This document shows, one piece after another, positions 9,778-19,115 of a stretch of 64,000 nucleotides of DNA. Positions within the stretch are counted from its first letter, which is position 1. Each line of letters opens with the position of its first letter. The notes under the pieces were generated by a model. That model did no database searches and was not told the origin of the DNA. It saw only the letters and a program-made list of their open reading frames with translations. Where the stretch lies: NCBI GenBank assembly GCA_041690135.1, contig JAWLHY010000004.1:224001-288000 (forward strand), read 5' to 3'. The translations under genes and the position numbers were made by a program. Source of the stretch: Armatimonadota bacterium. Lineage in GTDB: Bacteria; Armatimonadota; SYMT01.

Positions 9778-10917
9778 TCAGGGGATCTCACCCTCACCGG
9801 CAGGAGGCACTGGAAGGCGCAATCGCCCGAAGGCGCCTACAACCTCGATGCCTTCAGTACCCCTAACGCCGTCCAACGGCAATGAAACGTTGTAGGGGGT
9901 CATCACGGGAAGACCGATTCCCGGAAGGAAGCCCACCACCTCGATCTCCCAGAACTCGGGCTGCCGCACGTAGATCCGCGGGACGAGTTCCACCCGCATG
10001 TTGAGGTACGGCTTCATCCCATAAACCATCAACAGGTACGTGTCCTTGACAATGCCTCCCACCACCTGTGCATCATCGAAATCGATGAGCCGGACGGACT
10101 GGGACTGCGGGCAAGACTGGAAGTCCTCACCAGTCACCGCTATCCGTAGCCGGGGCCGTGGCAGTGCGCCCGGTGTGCCGACAGCTTCCGCAGGCGCCAG
10201 GAGCCGGTGGTGTGGACCGTGACCCTGATCCGCCATGTGCTCCTCCGCCTGCCGAAGCGCCGCGACATATTCGGGGTCGTTCTCCGCGAGTCCCCGCACC
10301 TCACGGTACTCCGACCACCGGTTATCGATCCAGCCGTGGAGACGCCAGAAGATCTGATTCCCCAGGTTCCGCTCGGGATTTCCCATATCCACGTCGCTGT
10401 CCGGATCGGCGAAGCGCCCGTGCAAGTAATTGTGAATGCCGGCGGACGGATCCGGATCCAGCCGGAACGGGTTTCCGGGAGTGGGCCGCGATCTCGTCTG
10501 GATGTAGTTGCCCAGGGCATCGTCACTGGCGAAAGTGTTGAGCTGTTCGTGGAGACGGCGGACCGCATCCGCCATGTTGCGTTCAAACTCCGGGGAGCCG
10601 CCCCCAGGGACCGGGTTCGCGGGATCATCGGGATCGGTCGGGGGAACGTCCCACCCGTCGAAGAGCGAGGCGTGGCGGGGAAACCGCTCGCGAAGCTGGC
10701 GAATCATCACCCGGTGCATCGCCAGGAAGTCCAGCCCGTTGCCCGGAGCCCCTTCCTGGGGTGCCACACGCTGCCAGCCCTGCTGTCGCGCCCACTGGCG
10801 CGCCGACGCGGACAGCGTGTCCCACCGGCGCTCAACATGCCAGCGAAGATGGTGAGTGTTCCAATTCTGTTGGTCGAGAAACGCGCGAATCTCCTGCGGC
10901 ATCAACGGATCTGCCAT
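9778..10917 (-). CDS. Tyrosinase-like type-3 copper protein fused to an uncharacterised C-terminal domain
   Basis: His motifs HHLRWH, FLAMHR, GIHNYLHG and FWRLHGWID. Separate ~100-aa C-terminal beta-rich domain after a His-rich linker. RBS GGAGG upstream. Confidence 0.75.
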   Translation of the reverse strand: MADPLMPQEIRAFLDQQNWNTHHLRWHVERRWDTLSASARQWARQQGWQRVAPQEGAPGNGLDFLAMHRVMIRQLRERFPRHASLFDGWDVPPTDPDDPANPVPGGGSPEFERNMADAVRRLHEQLNTFASDDALGNYIQTRSRPTPGNPFRLDPDPSAGIHNYLHGRFADPDSDVDMGNPERNLGNQIFWRLHGWIDNRWSEYREVRGLAENDPEYVAALRQAEEHMADQGHGPHHRLLAPAEAVGTPGALPRPRLRIAVTGEDFQSCPQSQSVRLIDFDDAQVVGGIVKDTYLLMVYGMKPYLNMRVELVPRIYVRQPEFWEIEVVGFLPGIGLPVMTPYNVSLPLDGVRGTEGIEVVGAFGRLRLPVPPAGEGEIP

Positions 10918-11195
10918 AAGTCACCTCCGGGTAGCGGCAGCAAGCATCCCACTCTCGGGCTGGCCTGCCGGTATACAGCAGTACACCGGCAAGCCGTCGA
11001 GTTTTCACGTAAAGCGCAAGAGAATGCCGCCAGGCTGACGTCGAAGTCCACGATCCAAGCCACCGCTTCCGATTCTCGGAAATGCGCGGCGGTCCGTCTG
11101 GAGCACAGCCCCAGCGATAGAAGTATGCTTCGAACTCACCTCGACACAGGCTTCTGCCGGCCTGGCGAACACTCTGGACCACTTCTACTAGATCA

Positions 11196-13346
11196 CTACT
11201 GCTTCTTCACCCTGTTTTCCAGAAGGGTATTCAAGCCGGACTTGAAGCCCTGCACGTCACTAGGCTTTGCTGGCGTGGCCCCCGGCCCGATGGGGCCACC
11301 TTGATAGAAACGTGTCATATACAGCGAGCGCGGCTGGATAACGGCATTCGCCAGAATGACACTCTCGTGATGCGTTCTCTTGTTGCCCCGAGGTAGCTGG
11401 AACACGGGACCGATGAGAGGCAAACGGCCCAGGATGGGAATGTAGTGCGGTGCCTGCGGATGAGAGGTAGCCAGAGAGAAAGATGAGACATCGAAGAGAT
11501 CGAAAGCCGTCACCGTTGTGTCCGTCACGACCTGGTGGCTCTTTACGGCATCCGCAGGCCGCGCGGGTTTAAGGTCTGGTCGTTCCTCCCCAAGCACCGA
11601 GGTTTCCACACCGAAACGGAAGTTGAGCTGAAGCCTGGCGGACTGCTCATCGGGAAGTACAGATGGCACTACTTTCACTTCCACGCCCGGAGCCACACTC
11701 GTAAACCTAGGCTGGACGTCCGAAAGAATAGCACTACCCAGCAGAAGAGCCTGCGCCTGTGGCAGAGGCGCAAGTAACTGCTGAAGCCCACTCAACTGTC
11801 CCAAAGCATCACCACCGGGCGCTCGGTTGGCAGAGCTGGGAGTAGTCTTAGTAGTTTTTGTCACGCTCCCATCCGGGGCGGTCACCTCAGTGACTTCAGT
11901 CGTTGGAGTGACACTAACCTTGGGGTGTGTTGCATCGAGAAGATCCGTTCCGAATGGCCTCGGAAGGGTAGCGTCCACGAACGCCACCACCTCTGGGCGC
12001 AGGAATGCATCAGCTCGATGAGCCACGGAGATGCGAGTGGTTCCGCCCAACGCCACGCCACCGCCACGGATTTGCCGCTTCTGGATGCGCGAAAGGAGGG
12101 GCTGCAAGAAGAGTTCCTGCATGTCGGCGGTCCAAGTGTCCATCAGCCCTTTCAGTAGGCGGTCAACCGCAGCGGCTTGCTGGTTCAACTCTGCGGGCTG
12201 CTGCTCGAGGAACGGGAGATGCTCCTCCTTCAAACCTGTAGGGGGCATGGGAAAGGTGTCATTCACGTACTCAAGGAAGGAACTATAACCTTCCAGAGCT
12301 AAAACGAAATCTTCTACTCCTGCCCGGTCAGCGTCAACCTGATCCTTCGAGAGTGCCTGCTGCAGCCTGCGAAAGGGCTGAACCCCTATGCTCTTCCCAA
12401 GTGCACTGTACTCGTTGGCCAACGCCTTTGCCAGTTGGTCTCGCTCCTCTGACAGTCCCAAGAACACCAAGGCTTCAATAAGCGAAAGAGGCCGGTCGAC
12501 ACTGGATACAAACCCCTGTGCCTCGAGCTTATTAAATAGTTTATCATTGTTGAATAAGGCACTATTCTGCTTAAGCACCTTGAGAAGTGCGATGTGGGCT
12601 CCGTGGAGATGCTCCCGAGTATCCCGGATATCACGAGTAATGTCGCGGGTCTCCTCGCTAACGCGGTCCGCATCTCCGCTAACTTGCACTGCCCACATTT
12701 CCAGTTGAACCTGCGGTGCCGGGGCATCGAGGCTATGGATGAAGCTACGGATCTGCAGGACTGTCCGTTTGGGGGCCTTGATCCACAGGTTATACCGATC
12801 GTGAAATGCTACCGGCTTCTTGTCAGTCCCGTAAACGGCGTTGAGAATCGTCGTCAGCAACTCCATCGCGACCTGCGAAGAGACGGCAGATCCCGTCCCA
12901 CCCGGAACAATGGTCAGGGGAATGAGTTCCCGGGTGATCGGGTTTGACTTCTCGTCCTCGACATCCTTGACCGTCCGTACCTGCAACTTGTCAAGATTGA
13001 GATGGACCTTGGCGTCAAGATGGTGCTTCTTTAACGCTGCCACTGCGAGCCTCTTGACCTGCTCCTTGGGGTCTTGCCCTGCTTTGGGGGGCGGCAGAAT
13101 CCCCGAGAGCACCGCCACGTAGTTCTCACCGGGCAAGACAAATACCTCAACCGCCACATCCGGTTGGTTGATACCAAGTTCCAATAGCTGGATGATGCCC
13201 GCCACGTACTTCTGGTCGGCCTCCGCAGCCCACACAGCCTGTCCTGTAGGTACTCCGGAGAGTGGGGGAAGAGCAGCCAACACCAGAAGAGATCCAGCCA
13301 ATGCTACGCCAAAGGCAGCTTTTGGCGACTTGCGAGGATGCGACAT
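11196..13346 (-). CDS. Divergent secretin-like (type II/III secretion outer-membrane pore family) protein
   Basis: Signal peptide; N3-like NLWIKAP..VLQIRSFIHSLDAPAPQVQLEMWAVQV; GVEVKVVPSV; IPILGRLPLIGPVF. Confidence 0.7.
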   Translation of the reverse strand: MSHPRKSPKAAFGVALAGSLLVLAALPPLSGVPTGQAVWAAEADQKYVAGIIQLLELGINQPDVAVEVFVLPGENYVAVLSGILPPPKAGQDPKEQVKRLAVAALKKHHLDAKVHLNLDKLQVRTVKDVEDEKSNPITRELIPLTIVPGGTGSAVSSQVAMELLTTILNAVYGTDKKPVAFHDRYNLWIKAPKRTVLQIRSFIHSLDAPAPQVQLEMWAVQVSGDADRVSEETRDITRDIRDTREHLHGAHIALLKVLKQNSALFNNDKLFNKLEAQGFVSSVDRPLSLIEALVFLGLSEERDQLAKALANEYSALGKSIGVQPFRRLQQALSKDQVDADRAGVEDFVLALEGYSSFLEYVNDTFPMPPTGLKEEHLPFLEQQPAELNQQAAAVDRLLKGLMDTWTADMQELFLQPLLSRIQKRQIRGGGVALGGTTRISVAHRADAFLRPEVVAFVDATLPRPFGTDLLDATHPKVSVTPTTEVTEVTAPDGSVTKTTKTTPSSANRAPGGDALGQLSGLQQLLAPLPQAQALLLGSAILSDVQPRFTSVAPGVEVKVVPSVLPDEQSARLQLNFRFGVETSVLGEERPDLKPARPADAVKSHQVVTDTTVTAFDLFDVSSFSLATSHPQAPHYIPILGRLPLIGPVFQLPRGNKRTHHESVILANAVIQPRSLYMTRFYQGGPIGPGATPAKPSDVQGFKSGLNTLLENRVKKQ

Positions 13347-13411
13347 GTGTTCTCCTTATCTAGGTGCTCACTCGTATGAGTTGAGCATTTGAGGCAAGCC
13401 ACGGTATGCGT

Positions 13412-14374
13412 TCAGGGGATCCGACCCCGAAAGTAGACTTCCACATGGGGGCTGCGTGCGACTTCATCGGGAGCGACTGCGGGACGAACGACGTTCCGAA
13501 CCATCCAATTCGACCAGCGGCGTGCAATCACAGCGTGGTAGAGGGGATCATTACTGTCCACATCAAACCCAATATGGTCATACATCTTCCAAACAAGCTG
13601 TGAGCAGTAGAGCCGGCGGTTGGTGTGCTTGTCCCAGAAGAAGAAGTTATAGGGCGTGTGTCCTCCCGACCTGAAGGTCGTCAATGCGCGACTGAGTGCC
13701 AGGGGTATTTGCGGCCGAACTTCCGCCGCACGGCAACGCCCAAACGCAATCACAGCCCCTTTACGTTTCTTCCAGTCATCCAAGAGATGGTGATTCACAC
13801 CATCGTGGAAATTCGATTCATATACTTTCGGCGGGGTCCCGCCGGCAAAGACCCCCACATGCCCGTATTGATCGGCCCAAGACCAGTTTTTGGAACTGTC
13901 GCCGTCTCGGATAAAGATGAGGTCTCCTACTTCTAACTGGTTGTAGTTGGGAGCAACGTTTGGCGAAGGAGCCATCGCCATCGCCGAGAGAAAGCTCATA
14001 TCGAGTGCCGACTTACTCTCTTCCTGGCGGAGAAGACCCTCAATGGCAGTTACACGCGTGAGGATAGTCTCAATCTCTTCGTGTGGAATATCGCTCTGCA
14101 GGCGCGCCACCAGCATTTTGGCCTCGTCCCGCAGTTCACTCTCACGTTCGCTTGGAGGGATGCGGTTTGCTGTGTTTAATGCCAGCGCTGCTATATCCGG
14201 GGCGACCCCCCGCCCAGGATAAGCCTGGACGCGCGCTACCTCGTTTGCAATCCTCCGAATGTCACTCCGGATACGCGACGATTCGACAGTCTCGGGTGAG
14301 AAATGTGTACTTCCCGCCTGCGTGGCGATTCCCACCAAGACTGCGAAGCACATCACAGCATTCTTCCCCTGCAT
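13412..14374 (-). CDS. Permuted papain-like NlpC/P60 (YiiX/YebB-like) amidase with signal peptide
   Basis: LEVGDLIF, YGHVGVF, PYNF, LYCSQLVWKMY and PDEV; His precedes Cys, the permuted order. Confidence 0.85.
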   Translation of the reverse strand: MQGKNAVMCFAVLVGIATQAGSTHFSPETVESSRIRSDIRRIANEVARVQAYPGRGVAPDIAALALNTANRIPPSERESELRDEAKMLVARLQSDIPHEEIETILTRVTAIEGLLRQEESKSALDMSFLSAMAMAPSPNVAPNYNQLEVGDLIFIRDGDSSKNWSWADQYGHVGVFAGGTPPKVYESNFHDGVNHHLLDDWKKRKGAVIAFGRCRAAEVRPQIPLALSRALTTFRSGGHTPYNFFFWDKHTNRRLYCSQLVWKMYDHIGFDVDSNDPLYHAVIARRWSNWMVRNVVRPAVAPDEVARSPHVEVYFRGRIP

Positions 14375-14929
14375 TTCCGTCTCTCCTCTGGCGGAACTTC
14401 AAATCGATCTTTTCCACACGCAGGCCCGCCTAGCAGCCCGCCAATCCAGGCAGGTAGGCTACCAACCACTAAGAGTAGGGCAGATCGGACTACCAGTGCA
14501 GCCTGACTTGGTAGGCGTCGCCCAGGTGGGGAGAAACTGTGAGTGTCGTCGTGGCACCCTGGATGGACTTGAATTCCCGCCGAGTTGCGGAGTTACGCTG
14601 CGCTTCTGTGTTGCGCTCACTTCCCACCTCCCGTGTCCGTCCCGGCCACTTGCCCCTCAGGCCGAGCCAATCAGCAGTACGCCAAGAAGCTCCGAGGATT
14701 TTATCGCCAATAAGATTTCTCATCGGGCAAACAACCGGAGGGAACCTTACTCGGGAAGCAGAAAGAGAGGAGAGTGGATGTTTTGGGGTGGTGCACCTTC
14801 GCCGGAACCTGACGAACGCTCCGCCGGGCAGGCCCGAAGCGCAAGATTTGCGGGCGGGCGTGAAAAACTTCGGTGGCGCCGGCGTACTACGGTTCAGCAC
14901 GGGGGAGACGACCCGGGAGACGGAATCCG

Positions 14930-15508
14930 ATGGTGGAGGAGAGAGACTGCGAGCCGAGCCGGGTGAGTGACGAAGCGCTGATGGCGGCGTTCTACGAAGG
15001 CTCGGAGACGGCATTCCAGGCTCTGTCGGAGCAGTGGTGGCCGCGACTCTTCGGATATTTCCGCCGCAGAGGGGTCGGCGCCGAAGATGCGGAGGACCTG
15101 GCGCTGCAGACGCTGGTGAAGCTGTACGTGACCCGGGAACGGCGGAAGTTTGACGTCAACCTGCCGCTCGCCCCGTTCTTGTTCACCGTGGCGTACCGAC
15201 TGTATCAGGGATGGCTGCGAGACCAGGAACGAAACCCTGCCGGAGTGCCTCTCGTCGAGGCACTCGACCTGGCATCCGCACCGGAAGACCGGCACACCGG
15301 GCTCTCCGCGGACGTGCTCCACTGCATCGAGCGGCTACCGGAAGCAGAACAACTCTACGTGCAACTCTGTGCCCGGCATGGATTGGGGGACCTCTCCCAC
15401 AACGAAATCGCGGTCGTCATGGAGAAGTGGCCCGCGCAGATAACCCAGATCAGCAAGCGAACGCAGGCGCTGCTCCGGCAATGCCTGGAAAAGAAGGGCT
15501 ACCGGTAG
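14930..15508 (+). CDS. ECF-type sigma-70 factor
   Basis: SDEALMAA...AFQAL...DAEDLALQTLVKLY (region 2); CIERLPEAEQ...LSHNEIAVVM (region 4). Start uncertain (14873/14930/14963). Confidence 0.85.
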   Translation: MVEERDCEPSRVSDEALMAAFYEGSETAFQALSEQWWPRLFGYFRRRGVGAEDAEDLALQTLVKLYVTRERRKFDVNLPLAPFLFTVAYRLYQGWLRDQERNPAGVPLVEALDLASAPEDRHTGLSADVLHCIERLPEAEQLYVQLCARHGLGDLSHNEIAVVMEKWPAQITQISKRTQALLRQCLEKKGYR

Positions 15509-15543
15509 GAACGATCCGCCGTGGGTGACTTCGTGACAAGAGA

Positions 15544-16446
15544 GTGATTGCCCCCATGGATAATGAAATGCTGGAGGGTGTGCTGCGCGCGTTACGGGCA
15601 AGGCTGGGGGAGGTTGGCCCCAGTGGGCCAGTGTTCGCTGACGGTTGCCTGACTTTCGGACGGGCGCGCGCCCTGGCCCTGGATCCGGAACGGATGACGG
15701 CCCAGGAACAATCGCACCTGGAAACTTGTCGGCGTTGCCTGACGCTACTGACGAGTTTCCTCCGTGACCTTCCCCACCTACCCTACTGGGTTCTCTTGCG
15801 CAAACGGCTGAACCTGTTGTCGCCTCAGGAACAACGGTGGGTGGAGTATCACCTGGTTTCGGGAGGCTGCCGGAAATGCCGGAACCGGGATGAGCGGGTG
15901 GCTGGAAGCCCGAACTTCCCCTTACTGCTCCCCGCTCCCAGGCAGCTTCCACACCCGGCCGAAGCGCGGGCGGCGGTACCGGAGCCGGAGGTCCTGGTGC
16001 GCGGAAAGGGGGAGAATCTCGAAGCGGAGCTCGTGCTAGATCGGGACCAGCTCAGTCTGGAGATCCGCACCCGCGCCGAGGCATTGCATTACACGCTCGT
16101 CACCTATGCGTTTCAGGACGCGACGGGCGAGGCGCTCCTCGACGGCTATGCCGTGCTGGGCCCCGACGTGGACGGCTGGTTCTCTGCCGAGATTCCGCTG
16201 AATCCGCGTCAGTTCCGCGAGGAGGTCTTTAAGATGTGCCGGCACCTGGCGCTCGCAGCGGTGCTGCCGGGGGGGCTCTCCGACGAGGAGTGGCGCGCGG
16301 TGGAGGCCGCAGCGCCCACCCAGGCGGGGGAATTGCAGACCCGGTCCGCGTGGCAGGTGTGGGCCAGCCGCACCCTGCTGTCCGGAGCTTCCCTTTCCGA
16401 AGCGGCAATCCGGGCACTCAGCCACCTCGCGGACATACGCGCTTAG
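15544..16446 (+). CDS. Putative cytoplasmic anti-sigma factor with two zinc-finger (ZAS-like) motifs
   Basis: Directly follows the ECF gene. Motifs HLETCRRC and HLVSGGCRKC; no TM segment seen. Confidence 0.65.
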   Translation: MIAPMDNEMLEGVLRALRARLGEVGPSGPVFADGCLTFGRARALALDPERMTAQEQSHLETCRRCLTLLTSFLRDLPHLPYWVLLRKRLNLLSPQEQRWVEYHLVSGGCRKCRNRDERVAGSPNFPLLLPAPRQLPHPAEARAAVPEPEVLVRGKGENLEAELVLDRDQLSLEIRTRAEALHYTLVTYAFQDATGEALLDGYAVLGPDVDGWFSAEIPLNPRQFREEVFKMCRHLALAAVLPGGLSDEEWRAVEAAAPTQAGELQTRSAWQVWASRTLLSGASLSEAAIRALSHLADIRA

Positions 16447-16487
16447 TCACTCTTTCCAGGTCGCAGGGAAACGCGGAACGGAAGACC

Positions 16488-19115
16488 ATGCCGAGCCTGA
16501 GCGAACTCACCCGACAACTGGCGGAAGGCACCCGGGCGCAGAAGCGGCGGAGTTGGCGGTCCCTCATCCTGGAGGGAGGCTTGTGGCCCGCGTGTCAGGC
16601 GGCGCTCCTGGAAGCATCTCCCCTCGACTGTCTGGGGGCTGCCTACGAGCACCTGTCCGCCGAGTGGGACCGCTCCCCCCTCCGCGCGGGAGACGCGGAG
16701 GAGGTCTGTCGTGTTGAACAGCAGATCGCTGAAGCTCGCAAGGTCGTGGCAGCGGCCGCTCTCGCGGCCCTGGCACGCGGCGAAGCGCCGGGTGAGTGGT
16801 TGGAAAAGTGGGCGTACCGGGCGGTGGGCAACCTTCCGCCTTTCCGGGTGCTGACCGCGGGAGTGACTGCCGGTGGCCCGAGTGAGGCCCGCATCCGCGC
16901 CTGCTTCGCCGGGCTGCTGAACAGCTCCTCCATATCGCGGCCTATGGTAGCGGCGGCACAGGACGCCAGCCTGGCATTCCTCTGGGCCGCTCTCGGCGAG
17001 GAGAAGCGTCCCTGTCACCGTCGCCTGCGAGTGCCCCTGCTGCTGGCGCGCGGAACCGAAGGCTTTCTCGCCTGGCTCTGGTTGGAGCAGGTGCCCGGGG
17101 GCTCGGGACAGGTGTTCCAGGCGCCCAGCACGACCCTGGAGCCCATCCTGGCCGATCTGCGCCGGACGATCGAACAGGCCTGCCTGGCGGTACTGCCGGC
17201 CGGAGGGGATGCGGACCTACGCTGGTGGCTCACCGACCTGCCCCTGGACGCCCAGGGCCTGCCGATCCCGGTCGGCGGCGGTTCGGCGGCGGCGGCGGCG
17301 GCTGTCGGAGCGTTGCTCCTGCTACAGGATGCCCCGCCGGCCGCGAACTGCGCCGTAAGCGCCACCCTAACCGCGGACGGACGGCTGGGCCCGGTAGAGG
17401 GACTTCACGGCACGGGCCCCAAGCTCACCGCCGCGCGAGCCCTCGCGGCCGTTGACCGGCCCGCCCGGGTCATCGTCAGCCCGGAGAGCCAGTTGTCCGC
17501 GCCTGCCGCGGCCGGATGGGAAGCGCGCGGTGTTCAGGTCGTCGTCGCCCCTTTCCTGGAGGAGGCCGTGCGGCATTTCCTGTCCCCGAGAGAGACTAAA
17601 GAGCAAGATCGGCGCAGCGAGTCGACCATGCCGCTTTCCGCGTCACCGAGGATACCCGCTCCGCAGATCCGGGTGATTTACGCCCGGGACACGCCCGCCG
17701 ATCGGGAACTGCTGGAGAAGCTGCAGAACCAACTACGGGAGCACGGGTTTTCAGTGGGGGCCGACCGCCACCAGGACGTGGGGCTCGAATGGGCGCGCGA
17801 GACGGAGCGGGAGATCCGGGCGGCGGACGTGGTATTGGTACTGCTTTCTCGTGCGGCCGCCCGCAGTGAGATGCTCGCCTACGAGCTTCAGATTGCCCAC
17901 GAGGCCGCACAAGGCACGGGAAAGCCACGGCTGCTCGCCGTAGACACCCGGGTAGGCGCTGCGCCACGCTGCCTGCCCGGTCTCACCGCCACCCTGGCAA
18001 CTTACCCGTGGGAACCAGGCATGGATGCGGACGCCCTTCCGCCCGCACTGTTGGACGCAATCCGGAAGCCGCCGGGAGTCGCCTCGCGCCAGGAACGGGA
18101 ACAATTGGTCCCCCCTACCGGCGTGCTGCCGCTGGATTCCGCTTTTTATCTGGAGCGCGACGCGGACGCGGCCTTCCGCACCGCCATGGGGCGCCGGGAC
18201 AGCATCATCCGGATCAAGGGTGCACGCCAGATGGGCAAGACCTCGCTCCTGGCGCGCGGATTGCAGGCGGCCCGGGAGCAGGACGCCCGCGTGTTCCTCA
18301 CCGATTTTCAGCTCTTCAACCAGTCCCATCTGGAGTCGGTAGACCACTTCCTGTTAACGCTCGCCCGCTGGCTGGCCCGGCAGGCTGCGGTGGATCTCCA
18401 GCCGGATGAAGTGTGGGACTCCCTCCAGGGCGCCAGCGTCAACTTCCGTGACTTTCTCCTGGAGTTGCTGGAGCGCCTGCCCGGCCCCGTGGTTTGGGGG
18501 CTGGATGAAGTCGACCGCCTCTTCACCTGCCCCTTCCGCAGCGAAGTGTTCGGACTACTCCGGTCGCTGCACAACGACCGGGCCCTCAATCCCCGTCTTC
18601 CCTGGTCCAAACTGACGATGACCCTCTGCTACGCCACGGAGGCTCACCTCTTCCTCGCCGACCTGAACCAGTCCCCCTTTAATGTAGGCACCCGGATCCT
18701 GCTCAATGACTTCTCGCCCCTTGAGCTGGCGGATCTCAACCTGCGCTACGGCGCACCGCTGACCAGTAGTGGAGAGTTGGCCGCCTTCTACGAGCTCCTG
18801 GCAGGGCACCCTTACCTTAGCCACCGGGCTCTCCATGAAATGGTGACTCAAGAGCTGACACTAGCCGATCTGCAGCGCCAGGCCAACCGGGAGGAAGGGC
18901 TGTTTGGAGACCACCTGCGGCGGCTGGTGCTGCTGCTGGCCAGGGACCCCGCCCTTTACCATGCCGTACGGGAGGTGATCCAGGGACGCCCCTGCCCCAC
19001 GCCGGAGAGCTTCCATCGCCTCTGGACAGCAGGCGTACTGGTGGGGGATTCCGCGCAAGACGCCCGCCCTCGCTGCTATCTGTACGCCACCTATCTGGAG
19101 CGTCACCTGCAATGA
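16488..19115 (+). CDS. Lon-type (S16) protease-like domain / TIR / AAA_35 P-loop NTPase fusion
   Basis: GGGSAA...SATLTADGRLGPVEG...PKL (Ser-Lys pair); TIR IYARD...WARETEREIRAADVVLVLLSRAAARSEMLAYEL; AAA_35 FYLER, GARQMGKTS, LDEVD, SPFNVG and GHPYL. Confidence 0.85.
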   Translation: MPSLSELTRQLAEGTRAQKRRSWRSLILEGGLWPACQAALLEASPLDCLGAAYEHLSAEWDRSPLRAGDAEEVCRVEQQIAEARKVVAAAALAALARGEAPGEWLEKWAYRAVGNLPPFRVLTAGVTAGGPSEARIRACFAGLLNSSSISRPMVAAAQDASLAFLWAALGEEKRPCHRRLRVPLLLARGTEGFLAWLWLEQVPGGSGQVFQAPSTTLEPILADLRRTIEQACLAVLPAGGDADLRWWLTDLPLDAQGLPIPVGGGSAAAAAAVGALLLLQDAPPAANCAVSATLTADGRLGPVEGLHGTGPKLTAARALAAVDRPARVIVSPESQLSAPAAAGWEARGVQVVVAPFLEEAVRHFLSPRETKEQDRRSESTMPLSASPRIPAPQIRVIYARDTPADRELLEKLQNQLREHGFSVGADRHQDVGLEWARETEREIRAADVVLVLLSRAAARSEMLAYELQIAHEAAQGTGKPRLLAVDTRVGAAPRCLPGLTATLATYPWEPGMDADALPPALLDAIRKPPGVASRQEREQLVPPTGVLPLDSAFYLERDADAAFRTAMGRRDSIIRIKGARQMGKTSLLARGLQAAREQDARVFLTDFQLFNQSHLESVDHFLLTLARWLARQAAVDLQPDEVWDSLQGASVNFRDFLLELLERLPGPVVWGLDEVDRLFTCPFRSEVFGLLRSLHNDRALNPRLPWSKLTMTLCYATEAHLFLADLNQSPFNVGTRILLNDFSPLELADLNLRYGAPLTSSGELAAFYELLAGHPYLSHRALHEMVTQELTLADLQRQANREEGLFGDHLRRLVLLLARDPALYHAVREVIQGRPCPTPESFHRLWTAGVLVGDSAQDARPRCYLYATYLERHLQ

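Noticed and set aside
16488-19115. Thoeris or CBASS assignment for the TIR protein
   Set aside because: No ThsA-like effector, cyclase or SAVED/STING domain is visible.
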